Source of the DNA: Cyanobacteria bacterium J06638_7
GTDB lineage: Bacteria > Cyanobacteriota > Cyanobacteriia > PCC-6307 > Cyanobiaceae
Direction: 5' to 3'
Length of the DNA: 64,000 nucleotides
NCBI GenBank assembly: GCA_039818745.1
Contig: JBCBTI010000001.1
Coordinates: 66,257-130,256 of the forward strand
The translations under genes were made by a program, and so were the position numbers. The notes under the pieces were generated by a model. It had not been told where the DNA came from and did not search any database. It was given only the letters and a program-made list of their open reading frames with translations. Shown piece by piece: positions 1 to 10,500 of the stretch. The stretch's first letter is position 1. Each line of letters opens with the position of its first letter.

Positions 1-124
1 GGGCCGGATCGCGCACCAGCAGCATCAGCTCAGCGCTGCTCTCCAGCAGCAGCAGCTGGGCGATGTGCTGGCCCACGCAGCCGCTGGCGCCTGTGATCAG
101 GATGCGCTCAACCGGGTGCTCCAC
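1..124 (-). CDS. NAD-dependent epimerase/dehydratase (extended SDR), N-terminal fragment truncated by window edge
   Basis: Minus-strand translation of 1-124 reads VEHPVERILITGASGCVGQHIAQLLLLESSAELMLLVRDPA. ILITGASGxVG is a Rossmann GxxGxxG motif typical of extended SDRs. Start set at GTG 124; TTG at 154 is also in frame. Absent from the ORF track because the ORF is cut by the edge. Confidence 0.45.
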   Translation of the reverse strand, partial: MEHPVERILITGASGCVGQHIAQLLLLESSAELMLLVRDPA

Positions 125-150
125 CAGCCCGCCAGCGCGGCCGGGTGCGC

Positions 151-1209
151 TCAAGCAGCGGCTCCGAGCAGTTCGTTCACGGCCTTGCCGGTTTCAAAGA
201 ACACGCGGGCGTTGTCTTCCGGGGTGCCCGGCAGGATGCCGTGGCCGAGGTTGAGGATGTGGCGGCGGCCGCGGGCCTTGAGCACCGTGTCGAGGATGCG
301 CGCGCGGATCGCCTCCGGCGTGCCGAACAGCAGGCCCGGGTCCACATTGCCCTGCACGCCGAGGTGCCCGGGCAGGCGGGCGCAGCCCTCGGCCATGTCC
401 ACGGTCCAGTCGAGTGAGATGAAGTCCACCCCGGTGCCGGCCATGCGCTCGAGCACGCCGGCGCTGCCGGAGATGTAGAGGATCAGGGGGGTGTCGGGGT
501 GGGTGGCCTTCACCTGATCGATCACCCGCTTCTGGTAAGGGGCGGCGAACACGTCGTAGTCGATCGGGCTCAGCTGGCCGGCCCAGGAATCGAACAGCTG
601 CACCACCTGGGCCCCCGAATCGATCTGATAGCGCACGTAGGTGGCGATCGCATCGGCCAGGTGGCCCAGCAGCTGATGCAGCAGCGCCGGCTCCTGGAAG
701 GCCATCGCCTTGATCACGGAGTAGGTCTTCGAGCTCTTGCCCTCCACCGCGTAGGCGGCCAGGGTCCAGGGGGCCCCCACGAAGCCGAGCACGGCGGCGG
801 CGGTGCCCACATCGGCCCGCAGCCGGCCCAGCACCTCACCCACGAACGGCAGCGCCTCGGCTGGTTCAAGGGGCCGCAGGGCATCCACCTGGGCCTGGCT
901 GCGGATGGCGGGCTCGATGACGGGGCCCCTGCTCTCGATGATGTCGAAGTCGATGCCGATCCCGGGCAGGGGCGTGAGGATGTCGGAGAACAGGATCACA
1001 CCGTCGGGCTGGAAGGCCCGGTAGGGCTGCATCGAGATCTCATGGGAGAGATCGGGATTCTCCGAGCGCTCACGGAAGCCGGGATGGCGGTCGCGCAGGT
1101 CGCGGTAGACCTTCATGTAGCGCCCCGCCTGGCGCATCATCCACACCGGTGGCCGCTCCACCTGCTCACCTCGGGCGGCGCGCAGCAGCAGGGGGGCGGT
1201 TTCGGCCAT
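151..1209 (-). CDS. hemE: uroporphyrinogen decarboxylase
   Basis: Internal ATG at 1209 of track ORF 151..1599 gives 352 aa starting [32 protein letters not shown]. PVWxMRQAGRY and the C-terminal NLGHGI are HemE hallmarks. The upstream 130 aa of the track ORF is an Arg/Pro/Gly-rich artefact. Confidence 0.93.
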   Translation of the reverse strand: MAETAPLLLRAARGEQVERPPVWMMRQAGRYMKVYRDLRDRHPGFRERSENPDLSHEISMQPYRAFQPDGVILFSDILTPLPGIGIDFDIIESRGPVIEPAIRSQAQVDALRPLEPAEALPFVGEVLGRLRADVGTAAAVLGFVGAPWTLAAYAVEGKSSKTYSVIKAMAFQEPALLHQLLGHLADAIATYVRYQIDSGAQVVQLFDSWAGQLSPIDYDVFAAPYQKRVIDQVKATHPDTPLILYISGSAGVLERMAGTGVDFISLDWTVDMAEGCARLPGHLGVQGNVDPGLLFGTPEAIRARILDTVLKARGRRHILNLGHGILPGTPEDNARVFFETGKAVNELLGAAA

Positions 1210-1256
1210 TGAGCAGCTGTGGCGGGCGTTCTGGAACCTAGCGGACAGCCATTCCC

Positions 1257-3551
1257 TCAGGCCTGCTCCGCCAGCACGGCGGGGCGGCTGCGGGCCCCGT
1301 CGCGTCGGAACACCAGCACCGCGAGCGGCGGCAGGCACAGATCCAGGGAGTGCTCGTAGCCGTGGATGCCCCAGGCCTGGCTGAACGTGCCGCCGAGGTT
1401 GCCGAGGTTGCTGCCGCCGTAGCGCGCAGCATCGCTGTTGAAGGCCTCCTCGTAGAAGCCGTCCATGGGCACCCCCACCCGGTAGCTCGAATGGTTGTGG
1501 GGCGTGAAGTTGGCCACCACCACAAGCCAGCGGCCGGTGATGCTCTCGCGGCGCATGAAGCTGATCACCGAGTGGCGGTTGTCGCTGCAGTCGATCCACT
1601 GGAAGCCGTACTCGCTGAAGTCATCACCCCAGAGCGCCCGCTCCGAGCGGTAGAAGGCGTTGAGATCGTCCACCAGGTGCTGGATGCCCTGGTGGGCTTC
1701 GAACTGCAGCAGGTCCCACTGCAGATCCCCCCACACATTCCACTCCGAGCGCTGACCGAATTCCATGCCCATGAAGATGGTCTTCTTGCCAGGATGTGTC
1801 CACATGTAAGCGAGCAGGGCACGCAGATTGGCAAATTTCTGCCAGTCGTCACCGGGCATCTTGTGGAGCAGGTTGCTCTTGCCATGCACCACCTCATCAT
1901 GGCTCAGGGCAAGCATGAAGTTCTCTGTGTAGGCATACCAGATTGAGAATGTGAGGTTGTTCTGGTGAAACTGGCGGAACCACGGATCCAGCTCGAAGTA
2001 ATCGAGCATGTCGTGCATCCAGCCCATGTTCCACTTGAGGTTGAAGCCGAGACCGCCAGTGTGGGTGGGCTGGGTGACCATCGGCCAGGTGGTGGATTCC
2101 TCGGCGATCGAGAGGGCACCAGGAAAGTGCTGAAACAGCACGTGGTTGGCCTGCTGCAGGAAGTGCACGGCCTCGGTGTTCTCGCGGCCGCCATGCTCAT
2201 TGGCCAGCCATTCACCATCGGGTCGCAGGTAGTCGCGGTACAGCATCGAGGCCACGGCATCCACGCGAATACCGTCGATGTGGAATTCCTCAAACCAGTA
2301 AATCAGGTTCGCAACCAGAAAGTTGCGCACCTCGTTGCGGCTGTAGTTGAAGATCAGCGTGCCCCATTCCTTGTGCTCACCGATGCGCGGATCGGCGTGT
2401 TCATAGAGGTGAGCGCCGTCGAAGAACGCCAGCCCGTGGGCGTCCTTGGGGAAGTGGCCCGGCACCCAGTCCAGGATCACTCCGATGCCCTCGCTGTGGC
2501 AGCGGTCCACGAAGGCACGAAATTCCTGCGGGCTGCCGTAGCGACTGGTGGGCGCATACCAGCCGGTCACCTGATAGCCCCAGGAGCCGTCGAAGGGATG
2601 CTCGGACACCGGCATCAGCTCGATGTGGGTGAAGCCGCGGGCCTTGACGTAGGGGATCAGCCGCTCAGCCAGCTCCGGGTAGGTGAGTAGCCGCGCGCCG
2701 GGCTTGAGGTCGGCGGCGGGCACCGGCGGGCGCGCCGTGCCGTCGGGTTCGCGATAGGGCTGATCGGCGGCGGCATGCATCCAGCTGCCGAGGTGCATCT
2801 CGTAGACCGCGATCGGCTGCTCGAGGGGATTGCGGCTGTCGCGCTCCGCCATCCAGGCCTGATCGCTCCAGGGGTGGCCCCCCAGCGACTCCACGATCGA
2901 GGCGTTGGCGGGCCGCACCTCATGGCGGAAGCCGTAGGGATCGGCTTTCTGGTAGCAGTGGCCCGCCTGGGTGCGGATCTCGTACTTGTAGATCGCCCCG
3001 GCCGTCAGAGCCGGGATGAACAGTTCCCACAGCCCGCCCAGGCGGCTCTGCATCGGATGGTGGCGCCCGTCCCAGCTGTTGAAGGGGCCGAGCACTGCCA
3101 CGCTGCGGGCGTTGGGCGCCCAGAGGCAGAACATCACTCCGCTGACGCCGTCGCGCTCGCACAGGTGGGCCCCCAGCCGCCGCCAGACGTGGTGATGGTT
3201 GCCCTCGGCGAACAGGTGACGGTCCAGTTCCCCCATCCACTCCTGGCGGAAGCACCAGGGGTCGTGGGTCTCATGCTGGATGCCGCCCCGATCCACCCAT
3301 ACCCGGTAGCTGCTGCCGGGGTTCTCGGGCAGGGTCGCCTCGAAGATCCAGGGGTGATGGGGCGTGCTGGTGGCGTGACGCCCGGAGCCGAGCAGCACCT
3401 CCACCCGCTCGGCCTCCGGCATCCACACCCGCACCACCCAGCCGCCCCCCTCAAGGGGCTGGGGGCCCAGCAGGGAAAAGGGGTGATCGTGGCGGCATTC
3501 CGCCAGGCGCTGTGCGTCCTCCACCATCCAGTCGAGAGTGGGGACGGGCAT
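1257..3551 (-). CDS. glgB: 1,4-alpha-glucan branching enzyme
   Basis: 764 aa with GH13 branching-enzyme motifs: [43 protein letters not shown] start confirmed at 3551. Confidence 0.95.
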   Translation of the reverse strand: MPVPTLDWMVEDAQRLAECRHDHPFSLLGPQPLEGGGWVVRVWMPEAERVEVLLGSGRHATSTPHHPWIFEATLPENPGSSYRVWVDRGGIQHETHDPWCFRQEWMGELDRHLFAEGNHHHVWRRLGAHLCERDGVSGVMFCLWAPNARSVAVLGPFNSWDGRHHPMQSRLGGLWELFIPALTAGAIYKYEIRTQAGHCYQKADPYGFRHEVRPANASIVESLGGHPWSDQAWMAERDSRNPLEQPIAVYEMHLGSWMHAAADQPYREPDGTARPPVPAADLKPGARLLTYPELAERLIPYVKARGFTHIELMPVSEHPFDGSWGYQVTGWYAPTSRYGSPQEFRAFVDRCHSEGIGVILDWVPGHFPKDAHGLAFFDGAHLYEHADPRIGEHKEWGTLIFNYSRNEVRNFLVANLIYWFEEFHIDGIRVDAVASMLYRDYLRPDGEWLANEHGGRENTEAVHFLQQANHVLFQHFPGALSIAEESTTWPMVTQPTHTGGLGFNLKWNMGWMHDMLDYFELDPWFRQFHQNNLTFSIWYAYTENFMLALSHDEVVHGKSNLLHKMPGDDWQKFANLRALLAYMWTHPGKKTIFMGMEFGQRSEWNVWGDLQWDLLQFEAHQGIQHLVDDLNAFYRSERALWGDDFSEYGFQWIDCSDNRHSVISFMRRESITGRWLVVVANFTPHNHSSYRVGVPMDGFYEEAFNSDAARYGGSNLGNLGGTFSQAWGIHGYEHSLDLCLPPLAVLVFRRDGARSRPAVLAEQA

Positions 3552-3617
3552 GGCAGATCGGCTTGGCAGACGGAGCTTAGGGCGGCTCCCGGAACGCTCC
3601 CGCGCCTGGCTCTGGCC

Positions 3618-4424
3618 TCAGGGCTGGGGGCCTGCCTGGCTGTCGCGGGCGAAACGGCGGGGCCGCACCGGATCGATCGGGAAGTTCACCCCCACGATTT
3701 CGTTGTTGGTGTTGAGGATCACGAACAGCGAGTCGGTGACCTCGGCGAACTCCGTGTTCACCAGCACCAACTGGGCCCCGTCGCTGCTGTCGGCCTCCAC
3801 CACCCGGCGCACCGCCACGAAGTCACCGGTCTGGCGTTGCAGCTGGCGCCAGCGGTCCCGCAGCACGGCGGCGCTGAAGTCCGCCTGCATGGGCAGGCTC
3901 AGAAAGCTCTGGGCCGTGGCGAACTGTCCGGCGCTGAGGGCCCGAACGAACTCGCCAGCCACCTGGGACGGCCTGGCATCGGTGAGGTCGAAGTGGTAAG
4001 CATCGAGGCGGCCTTTCGGGTCGAGCACCATGAACAGGTCGCGGGTGCCGTCCGATGTCTCCAGACTCGCCTCCACCGTGGTGGTGCTCAGGCCGCCACG
4101 CACGCTCAGCAGCTGCCAGCTCAGCAGCCGCGGCTCGCTGCTGATCCGCTCCGCCACCAGGGCGGGAGTGGTGATCGCCTTGAGCGGGTCGGAGAACTGG
4201 CTGTAACGCAGTTCGGGGTCGCGGGTCTGCACCGCCGCCAGGATCCGGTTGGCCGCCGCGCGGGCCTCGGCCACGCTCAGCCGCTCAGCGCTGGCCGCGC
4301 CGCTCTGGGATGGCTGGGCCGCCGCCGGCTGGGCCAGGGCGGCACCTGGTGCGCTGCCCAGCAGCGCACCCACCGTCAGACCAAGAACCAGTGCGGCGCA
4401 GCGGGGGATCAGGACGGGCTGCAT
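3618..4424 (-). CDS. exported hypothetical protein
   Basis: 268 aa with a clear signal peptide (MQPVLIPRCAALVLGLTVGALLGSAPGAALA/QP). No catalytic motif recognised. Its ATG shares 1 nt with the stop of the upstream hydrolase (TGATG on the minus strand). Confidence 0.6.
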   Translation of the reverse strand: MQPVLIPRCAALVLGLTVGALLGSAPGAALAQPAAAQPSQSGAASAERLSVAEARAAANRILAAVQTRDPELRYSQFSDPLKAITTPALVAERISSEPRLLSWQLLSVRGGLSTTTVEASLETSDGTRDLFMVLDPKGRLDAYHFDLTDARPSQVAGEFVRALSAGQFATAQSFLSLPMQADFSAAVLRDRWRQLQRQTGDFVAVRRVVEADSSDGAQLVLVNTEFAEVTDSLFVILNTNNEIVGVNFPIDPVRPRRFARDSQAGPQP

Positions 4425-6079
4425 CAGGGAGCGGGATGCGGGTCGCCACAGTTTGCCCCAGGATCCAGGCCCGCCAACGGCTCCAGGGTGAGTTCGGCAG
4501 CGCCGGTCTGGAGTTCCAGGCTGATCACCCGATGCTCCGGCCCGCAGCCGCCCCAGGCGTCAGCGCCGGTGCCGGGATTGACCGCCACCTGGGGCCAGGC
4601 CGCGGCGGCAAGCGACAACCGCAGCCGCTCCCCCGCCCTCAGGTGCAGCAGCAGGGGTTGCAACTGCACCTGGCGCTCGAGGGCCTCCAGACAGATTGCC
4701 CCCCGATAGCGCCTGATCCCGGTGCTGAGCTGCTGCACGACGCCATCGGGGCCGACACGCGCCAGGGCGGCGCAGAGATCGAATCCAGGCTGATCCGCCC
4801 TCACCTGCAGCCGCAGCAACGGCCGGGCCAGCAGCCTCAGGGGACTCTCCAGGGGGGCACTGGTGAAACAGACCACATCCCGGCGCCGGTCCAGATCGCC
4901 CCGCTCGCAGAGTCCCGGATCGAGGCCCAGGTGCCCGCCGCGGCCCGGCACCGCTCGCCAGGGGTCGTGCACCAGCCAGCGCGGGGCGTCCGGCTCAGCT
5001 GACTGGCCGCTCTGCTGGCCGCTCGCGTCCGCCTGCTCATGCCCTGGCGGGGCCGTCACCAGATCCTGGCCCCTGAGCCACCAGCGCCGCCCAGCCTGCG
5101 GCCTGGAGACCTCGCCACCGGGCTGAGCCGGCGGCAGCCGCCACCACGTGCCCTCGCGCGGATCCTGCACCACCACCGGGGCCCAGGCGTCGTCGGCTCC
5201 GGGGCGCCCCTGCAGATGGCGGCGGAAGAAGGCCAGCAGCAGGGCATCAGCGCCGTCGCCCCAGTCGAGATGGGTCCAGGCGCCGATGCGCAACAGGGGC
5301 GCGCCGCCAGCTCCCTGCGCCCGCTGCCAGAGCTCCAGCACCCCTTCCAGGTGCGGGTCATGCCAGCCCCCGAGCAGCAGCATCGGCCGGCTCCACAGGG
5401 CCGGTGGCGGCTGATGCCGGACCCAGCCCTGCGCATCAGCGGCATCCAGGCGCAGCCATTGCAGGGCCATGCCCTGGGGATCCAGGCGCTCCAGCAGTGC
5501 CGGACCCTCCTCCAGGAAACGGTGGGTCTCGAGGCTGCGGCGGATCTGTCGCCAGCCCTGGTGATCCCGCCGCCGCCGGCATTGCAGCGCCGCCAGCTGC
5601 AAACCCCAGGCCAGACCCAGAGCCCACCAGTGAGCCCCACCACTGCTGGCCCAGTGACGCCGCTCGTCAAGCCCCGCCATCGCCGGCGCCAGGCAGTCCG
5701 GCAGCTGCGCGGGGTCATCGGCATCGCTGAGCAGCTGGGTGAGGCCCTGATAGGAAAAGCCGTACATGCCCACGCGGCCATTGCCGGCGGGCAGCTGCCG
5801 GGCCCAGCGCAGGCTGTCGGCGCCGTCACGGGCCTCCTGGGCGAAGCCACTGAAGCTGCCCTCGGAGTCGCCCTGACCGCGCACGTCCTGCACCACCACC
5901 AGAAACCCCTGGCGGGCGAACCAGCCCGGATGGGCGATGGTGGGCGTGGAGGCGATGGCACGCCCATAGGGCTGGCGCATCAGGAGCACCGGCCAGTGGC
6001 CTGCACCAGCCGGCTGCCAGATGCGGCTCACCAGCCGCACGCCGTCGCGGCAGGTCAGCCAGCTGTCCTGCCAGATCAC
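4424..6079 (-). CDS. CocE/NonD family alpha/beta hydrolase (S15 X-Pro dipeptidyl-peptidase-like)
   Basis: Core of track ORF 4424..6595. From GTG 6079 it reads VIWQDSWLTCRDGVRL...LLMRQPYGR...VVVQDVRGQGDSEG...GMYGFSYQG (nucleophile elbow), typical of CocE/NonD hydrolases. The upstream part of the track ORF overlaps two better-supported genes in other frames. The exact start is uncertain. Confidence 0.8.
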   Translation of the reverse strand: MIWQDSWLTCRDGVRLVSRIWQPAGAGHWPVLLMRQPYGRAIASTPTIAHPGWFARQGFLVVVQDVRGQGDSEGSFSGFAQEARDGADSLRWARQLPAGNGRVGMYGFSYQGLTQLLSDADDPAQLPDCLAPAMAGLDERRHWASSGGAHWWALGLAWGLQLAALQCRRRRDHQGWRQIRRSLETHRFLEEGPALLERLDPQGMALQWLRLDAADAQGWVRHQPPPALWSRPMLLLGGWHDPHLEGVLELWQRAQGAGGAPLLRIGAWTHLDWGDGADALLLAFFRRHLQGRPGADDAWAPVVVQDPREGTWWRLPPAQPGGEVSRPQAGRRWWLRGQDLVTAPPGHEQADASGQQSGQSAEPDAPRWLVHDPWRAVPGRGGHLGLDPGLCERGDLDRRRDVVCFTSAPLESPLRLLARPLLRLQVRADQPGFDLCAALARVGPDGVVQQLSTGIRRYRGAICLEALERQVQLQPLLLHLRAGERLRLSLAAAAWPQVAVNPGTGADAWGGCGPEHRVISLELQTGAAELTLEPLAGLDPGANCGDPHPAP

Positions 6080-6090
6080 GGACGGGCCGC

Positions 6091-6423
6091 TCAGGTGACG
6101 TCGGGGCAGTGAATGCCTACCACGTAGGTGGTGAGCACCTCGGCATCCATCAGGCTGAGCCCCTCCTGGGCGGCGATCGTGCGGGTGGCGCGCTTGCTGG
6201 TGTAGGACACGCCCTGCTTGTTCATCTCCTTGAGCTGGCGGCAGATCGCCTTGGCCTTGGCGGGATCCCGCCGCACCGATTGCAGCAGCCCTGACTGGGC
6301 CTGCAGCGCTGGCAGGGGCACCATCAGCGACAGGCCTGCCGCCAGCAGCAGCAGCGACGCCAGCCTTGCGGGATGACGGCCGGCGGCCCGCAGGGGCGGC
6401 TGGGGGTGGTGGAAATCGGCCAC
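6091..6423 (-). CDS. small exported protein, two Cys in mature part
   Basis: 110 aa. Signal-like segment RLASLLLLAAGLSLMVPLPALQA/QSG. Third-codon positions are almost all G/C in this frame. It ends 11 nt before the hydrolase start. Confidence 0.55.
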   Translation of the reverse strand: MADFHHPQPPLRAAGRHPARLASLLLLAAGLSLMVPLPALQAQSGLLQSVRRDPAKAKAICRQLKEMNKQGVSYTSKRATRTIAAQEGLSLMDAEVLTTYVVGIHCPDVT

Positions 6424-6483
6424 GACCTCTCCGCAACTGCTGGTATTCCAGAGCGGGGCCAGCCCGCCGTTGCCGCGATGGGG

Positions 6484-6876
6484 TCAGTTTGCGGCCCGGC
6501 GAGCCCGCTGGATCCAGGCCTGAAGGGTGGCCAGGTCTGGTGGGCTGACGGCCTGGCCGGTGAGCCGCCGTTGCAGCCGCCCGGTCTGCACCCACAGCTG
6601 CTGGGGGTCGGCAGAGGCCAGCCCCCGGGCATCGGCGATCCCGGCATGCAGCAGCAGGGCTGCCTGGGCGGGTTGAAGCCCGGCCTCCACCACCAGGCGG
6701 GCCTGCCCGCGCAGACGCCGCAGGGTGGGTTCGCTGACACCACCCTCGCTGGCAAGCCGGCGCAGCAGGGCATCGTTCAGCTCAGCCAGGGCTTGCCAGC
6801 TGCGCACTCCCTCGCTCTCCAGCAGGCGGCCCTCGGCGGCGGCGTGGGCGGGCAGCTGCAGGGCCGGCAGGTTCAC
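6484..6876 (-). CDS. DUF4332-like helix-hairpin-helix protein
   Basis: 130 aa with two HhH-like segments (LESEGVRSWQALAEL; AGLQPAQAALLLHAGIADARGLAS) as I remember for DUF4332. The start overlaps the upstream gene stop by 4 nt (ATGA). Confidence 0.55.
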   Translation of the reverse strand: MNLPALQLPAHAAAEGRLLESEGVRSWQALAELNDALLRRLASEGGVSEPTLRRLRGQARLVVEAGLQPAQAALLLHAGIADARGLASADPQQLWVQTGRLQRRLTGQAVSPPDLATLQAWIQRARRAAN

Positions 6877-7355
6877 GCTGCCGCCGGCGCGGCCACCACG
6901 GTCACGCTGCCATCGGCGAAGTTGCGGCTGGCCTCGGCCACCACCCGGGGGCGGCTGAGGCCAGGTGCGAGCCGCTCCACTCCGCGCAGCCGCACCCGCA
7001 CGATGCCGCCTGGAATGGTGCGGCCACTGCCGCTGAGATTGCGGGCCACCTGCTCCACTGTGGCCCGGGCGGTTCGCTCATCCATGCCGGCCGGCGCGGC
7101 GGCCACCACCAGATCACTGCCGTTGTCGAACACCATCGGCACACTCACGGCCCCCTGCACGGTCACCCGGGGCCGGTAGCTCACGGCGAAGGCCAGGCAG
7201 GACAGCGCCAGCAGCACCGTGAAGCTGGTGATCCCCACCAGACGGAAGCGCGTGCCCCAGCCGAGCAGGAAGGCGGCGATGGTGATCACCGCCAGCACAG
7301 CGCCGGCGCCGCCCAGCCACTGGCCGGCCACGAACAGGATCGGATCGGTGCTCAT
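6873..7355 (-). CDS. Ycf51/DUF2518-like membrane protein
   Basis: 160 aa with two N-terminal TM helices (GAGAVLAVITIAAFLLGW; LVGITSFTVLLALSCLAFAV) followed by a soluble domain. Size and architecture resemble cyanobacterial Ycf51. Family call is from memory. Confidence 0.5.
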   Translation of the reverse strand: MSTDPILFVAGQWLGGAGAVLAVITIAAFLLGWGTRFRLVGITSFTVLLALSCLAFAVSYRPRVTVQGAVSVPMVFDNGSDLVVAAAPAGMDERTARATVEQVARNLSGSGRTIPGGIVRVRLRGVERLAPGLSRPRVVAEASRNFADGSVTVVAAPAAA

Positions 7356-7565
7356 GGGGAGGGACTCATGGGAGTGCTCTTGGTGGGTGCTCTTGGGGGG
7401 TGCCCGCGGGCAGGAGCATTGGGCTGCCGGCCTCGATGGGCCCAGGGCGGGGAAAGCCTGATGCAGCCTGCCAGGGTGCGCGATCGATGAGCCCGCAGGC
7501 GCCCCGGGGAGCCCTTGGCAACGCCGTTATATTTCGGCCTTGGCGATCTTGGCGTCTCCAGGTTC

Positions 7566-10500
7566 ATGGCGGAGTTGCCACCTCAGGGCTCTCCGCCGTC
7601 CCCCCCGGAACCCGACAGTCAGCCCTCATCCCGCCCCCGCTCTGCGCTGCAGCGGGCAGCCGCGCCGTTGCTCCTGGTGGCCCTCGCCGGCGGCTCGGCC
7701 ACGGCCCTGGTCTTCTCCCTCAACCGCCTGGCGGCGGAGGCCTACCGGCGCCTGCAGCCCGGCGTGGAGCGCCAGCTCAGTTCCAGCCTGGGCCAGCCTG
7801 TGGAGCTCGGTGTGTTTCGCGGCCTCGGCTGGCAGGGGCTGAGGCTGGGTGCCAGCCGGGTGCGCTCCCTGCCGTCCCATCCCTCCGGGGTGGAGCTGGC
7901 CGGGATCGGCCTGCGCCTGGATCCGATCGCCAGCCTGCGCCGCCGCCTGCCGGTGCTGGAGGTGAATCTGGAGGGGGTGGAGGCGAATCTGCGCCCCAAC
8001 GCTCAGGGCAGTTACTGGCGTCTGCCCGCCGCCGACCCCAGCGCTGAACCGCCCGGGCTGGTGGCCCGTGTGCGTCTGCCCCAGCCGGCCCTGGTGCGGA
8101 TCGAGCGGGCCGGGGTGCACAGCCAGCTCACGCTGCGCGGCAGTGTGGTGATCGAGCCCCAGCGCAACCAGGCCTCCGGCCTGCTCCAGCTGCGCCCGGG
8201 GGATTCGGCCCTCAGCAACGCCGGCAGCCTGCAGCTGCGGGGTGGTGGCAACTGGCGTGCCAACCGCTGGCAGGGCCGGCTCAGCAGTCGCGGTGTGGCC
8301 CTGAAGTGGCCCGCCGCCCTGGTGGCGGCGGGCGGGGTGGTGGACGGCCGGGTGGACGGCCAGCTCCAGCTGGCCTGGGAAGCCGGCAAGCCTCGCTGTC
8401 AAGGTGAGCTGCGCATGGGCCCGGTGAGCTGGCGTGCGCAGGCCAGCCAGCCCGCCCTGCTGCTGGACCGCCCCCGGCTCCGCTGTCAGGGCACCACCGT
8501 GACCCTGGCGCAGAGTGGCTGGAGCTGGGGCGAGCGCAGCGGTCAATTCGGCCTGCAGGCCCGCTGGCAGCCCGACAAGCTGCTGCTTGAACAGCTCGAA
8601 CTGAGCTCCGGGCGCTCCTGGCTGTGGGCCCGCGGGGCGCTCACGCCCGATCCCGTGCTGAGCGGTGACTGGCAGCTGGCGCCGGCCGATCTGCCCCTGC
8701 CCCCAGGGGTGGGGCCCGAGCTGGTGGGCTCCCAGCTGCGCGGCAGCCTGCGACTGGCGGGCTCCTGGAGCCGGCCGCAGCTGAGCACCCGGGTGAGTCA
8801 GGCCAGCAACCCCCTGCTGGGACCCTGGCAGGCCAGCCTGCGCTGGCGCGATCAGCGGCTGCTGCTCGATCAGCTCGCCAGCGCCCATCTTTCCGGCCGC
8901 GGCAGCCTGCCGCTCAGCCTGGTTGCGGGCCAGGGGCTGCGCAGCGGTGCGCTGGATCTGAGCCTGCGCCTCGACCGCTATCCGCTGCCCCGGCTCAGCC
9001 CGCTCCTCGGTGCCGATCTGCGGGGGGTGGTCGATGCCGAGGGCACGATCCGTGGGCCCCTCAGCGGCCTCACCCCCGAGTTCTTTCTGCGCCTGGATCA
9101 GCCCGGTGCCGGCCCGCTGCTGGTGGCGGAAACCTGGTCGGGCAACTGGTTCGGCGATCCCGCCGGTGGCGGCCGGCTGCGCCTCGCCAGCCGCGGCCAG
9201 GAGCCGCAGGGGCGGCTGGAGGCCAGGCTGGACCGGCGCTGGGTGCCGGTGGCCGTGAGCCTGAGCCGCGGCTCAGGCCAGCTGGCCCTGCAGGGCAGTC
9301 CGCGTGCCTACGACTGGACCGCCCGGAACTTCCCCCTGGAGGGAGTGCAGCTGGCCCTGGGGCCCGGTGCCCAGCTGCGGCCCCTGCGGGGAGGGCTCAG
9401 CGGTGACGGCGTGCTCGAGCTCCAGCCCCTGGCCTTCCGGGGCCGGGTGGAGCTCGATCAGCCCGCGGTGCTCGGAGTGGCGGCCAAGCGCGTGGCCCTG
9501 GAGGGCAGCTACCGCGACCGCCGCTACCGGGCCGAAGGTCAGATCCTGGCCCAGGGGGGCGGTGAGCTGGATCTGGACTGGAGCGGCCGCTGGCAGGGGG
9601 AGTACGTGGCGCACCTGCAGGGGCGGGATCTCGATGACGGCCTGGTGCGGCGGCTGCTGGAGGCCTGGCCGCGCTGGCGCGGCGAGCCGGGCCCCGACCC
9701 CGGCAGCGCCGCCGACCTCGGCACCCTGTTGATCGATACCCTCGGCGGCAGCATCGACGACCAGCTGGCGGCGCTCAACCAGGCCCATGCCCGCCTGCGT
9801 CAGGCGCTGGTGGACCAGCGCGAACGCCTCACCCCGGCGGAGCGCCTCGAGAAGGTGGCGGCGCGCTTCGATCTGGAGGCCGAGCTGAGCGGGCCCAGGC
9901 TGGCCGACACCCGCATCGATGCCTCCGTGCAGGGCCATCTCTGGTTCCCGGGCCAGGACCGCGACCAGGCCCTCACGCTGGAGCCGCTGCAGCTGGAGTT
10001 CACCGGGCCGGTGCGGATGGGCTCCGGCAGCTTCGCGTTCTCCGGCGTGCCCCTGGCCCTGCTGGCCCTGTTCACGCCCGTGCCCGAGGAGCTGCGCGGC
10101 ACCCTCTCCTCCAAGGGGCGCTACCGCCTCGCCTCGGGGCAGGATCCGGAGCTGGCCCTGGAGCTGACCCTCGAGGACGCGACCCTGGGCGAGACCGAGC
10201 TGGCGCTGGAGCGCGGCAGTGTGCAGCTGGCGGGCAACAGCCTCCAGGTGGATGTGGCCCTGCGCGCCGCCGGGGCCGGCAGCGGCATCGACCTGGCGGG
10301 CCGGCTGCCCCTCGATCCGGCCGAGGAGGGGATCGAGCTGCGCCTCACCAGCCGTGACGACGGGCTGATCTTCCTCAGCCGGCTGGCCCAGCCGGCTCTG
10401 GTGTGGGAGGAGGGGTCCGCCGACCTGCAGCTGCTGGTGCGGGGCAGTCTGAACAGCCCGATTGCCAATGGCTTCCTGCGTCTCCAGGATGGCCGGCTGG

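Noticed and set aside
1210-1599. Upstream extensions of hemE (to 1599), glmU (43040..43450), ubiD (47436..48197), trpD (62438..62536), proA (12525..12794) and the ROK gene (11755..11871).
   Set aside because: The family-typical N-termini begin at internal start codons. The extensions overlap neighbouring genes and are low-complexity.
2775-4709. 644-aa plus-strand ORF antisense to glgB and the exported protein gene. Similar giants are 16933..19161 (+), 20899..23166 (+), 26187..28055 (+), 36596..39415 (-), 39579..41402 (-), 59948..62221 (-) and 62333..63712 (-).
   Set aside because: All lie opposite or out of frame to genes with unmistakable conserved motifs. Their translations are Arg/Gly/Pro/Ala/His-rich low-complexity strings typical of stop-poor frames in very GC-rich DNA. 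No motifs were recognised.
6080-6595. N-terminal 170 aa of track ORF 4424..6595, which would make a 723-aa hydrolase.
   Set aside because: This part overlaps the signal-peptide ORF 6091..6423 and the DUF4332-like ORF in other frames, both of which show a better codon-position bias. The CocE/NonD homology begins only at about VIWQDSWL. A GTG at 6079 gives a normal-sized protein.
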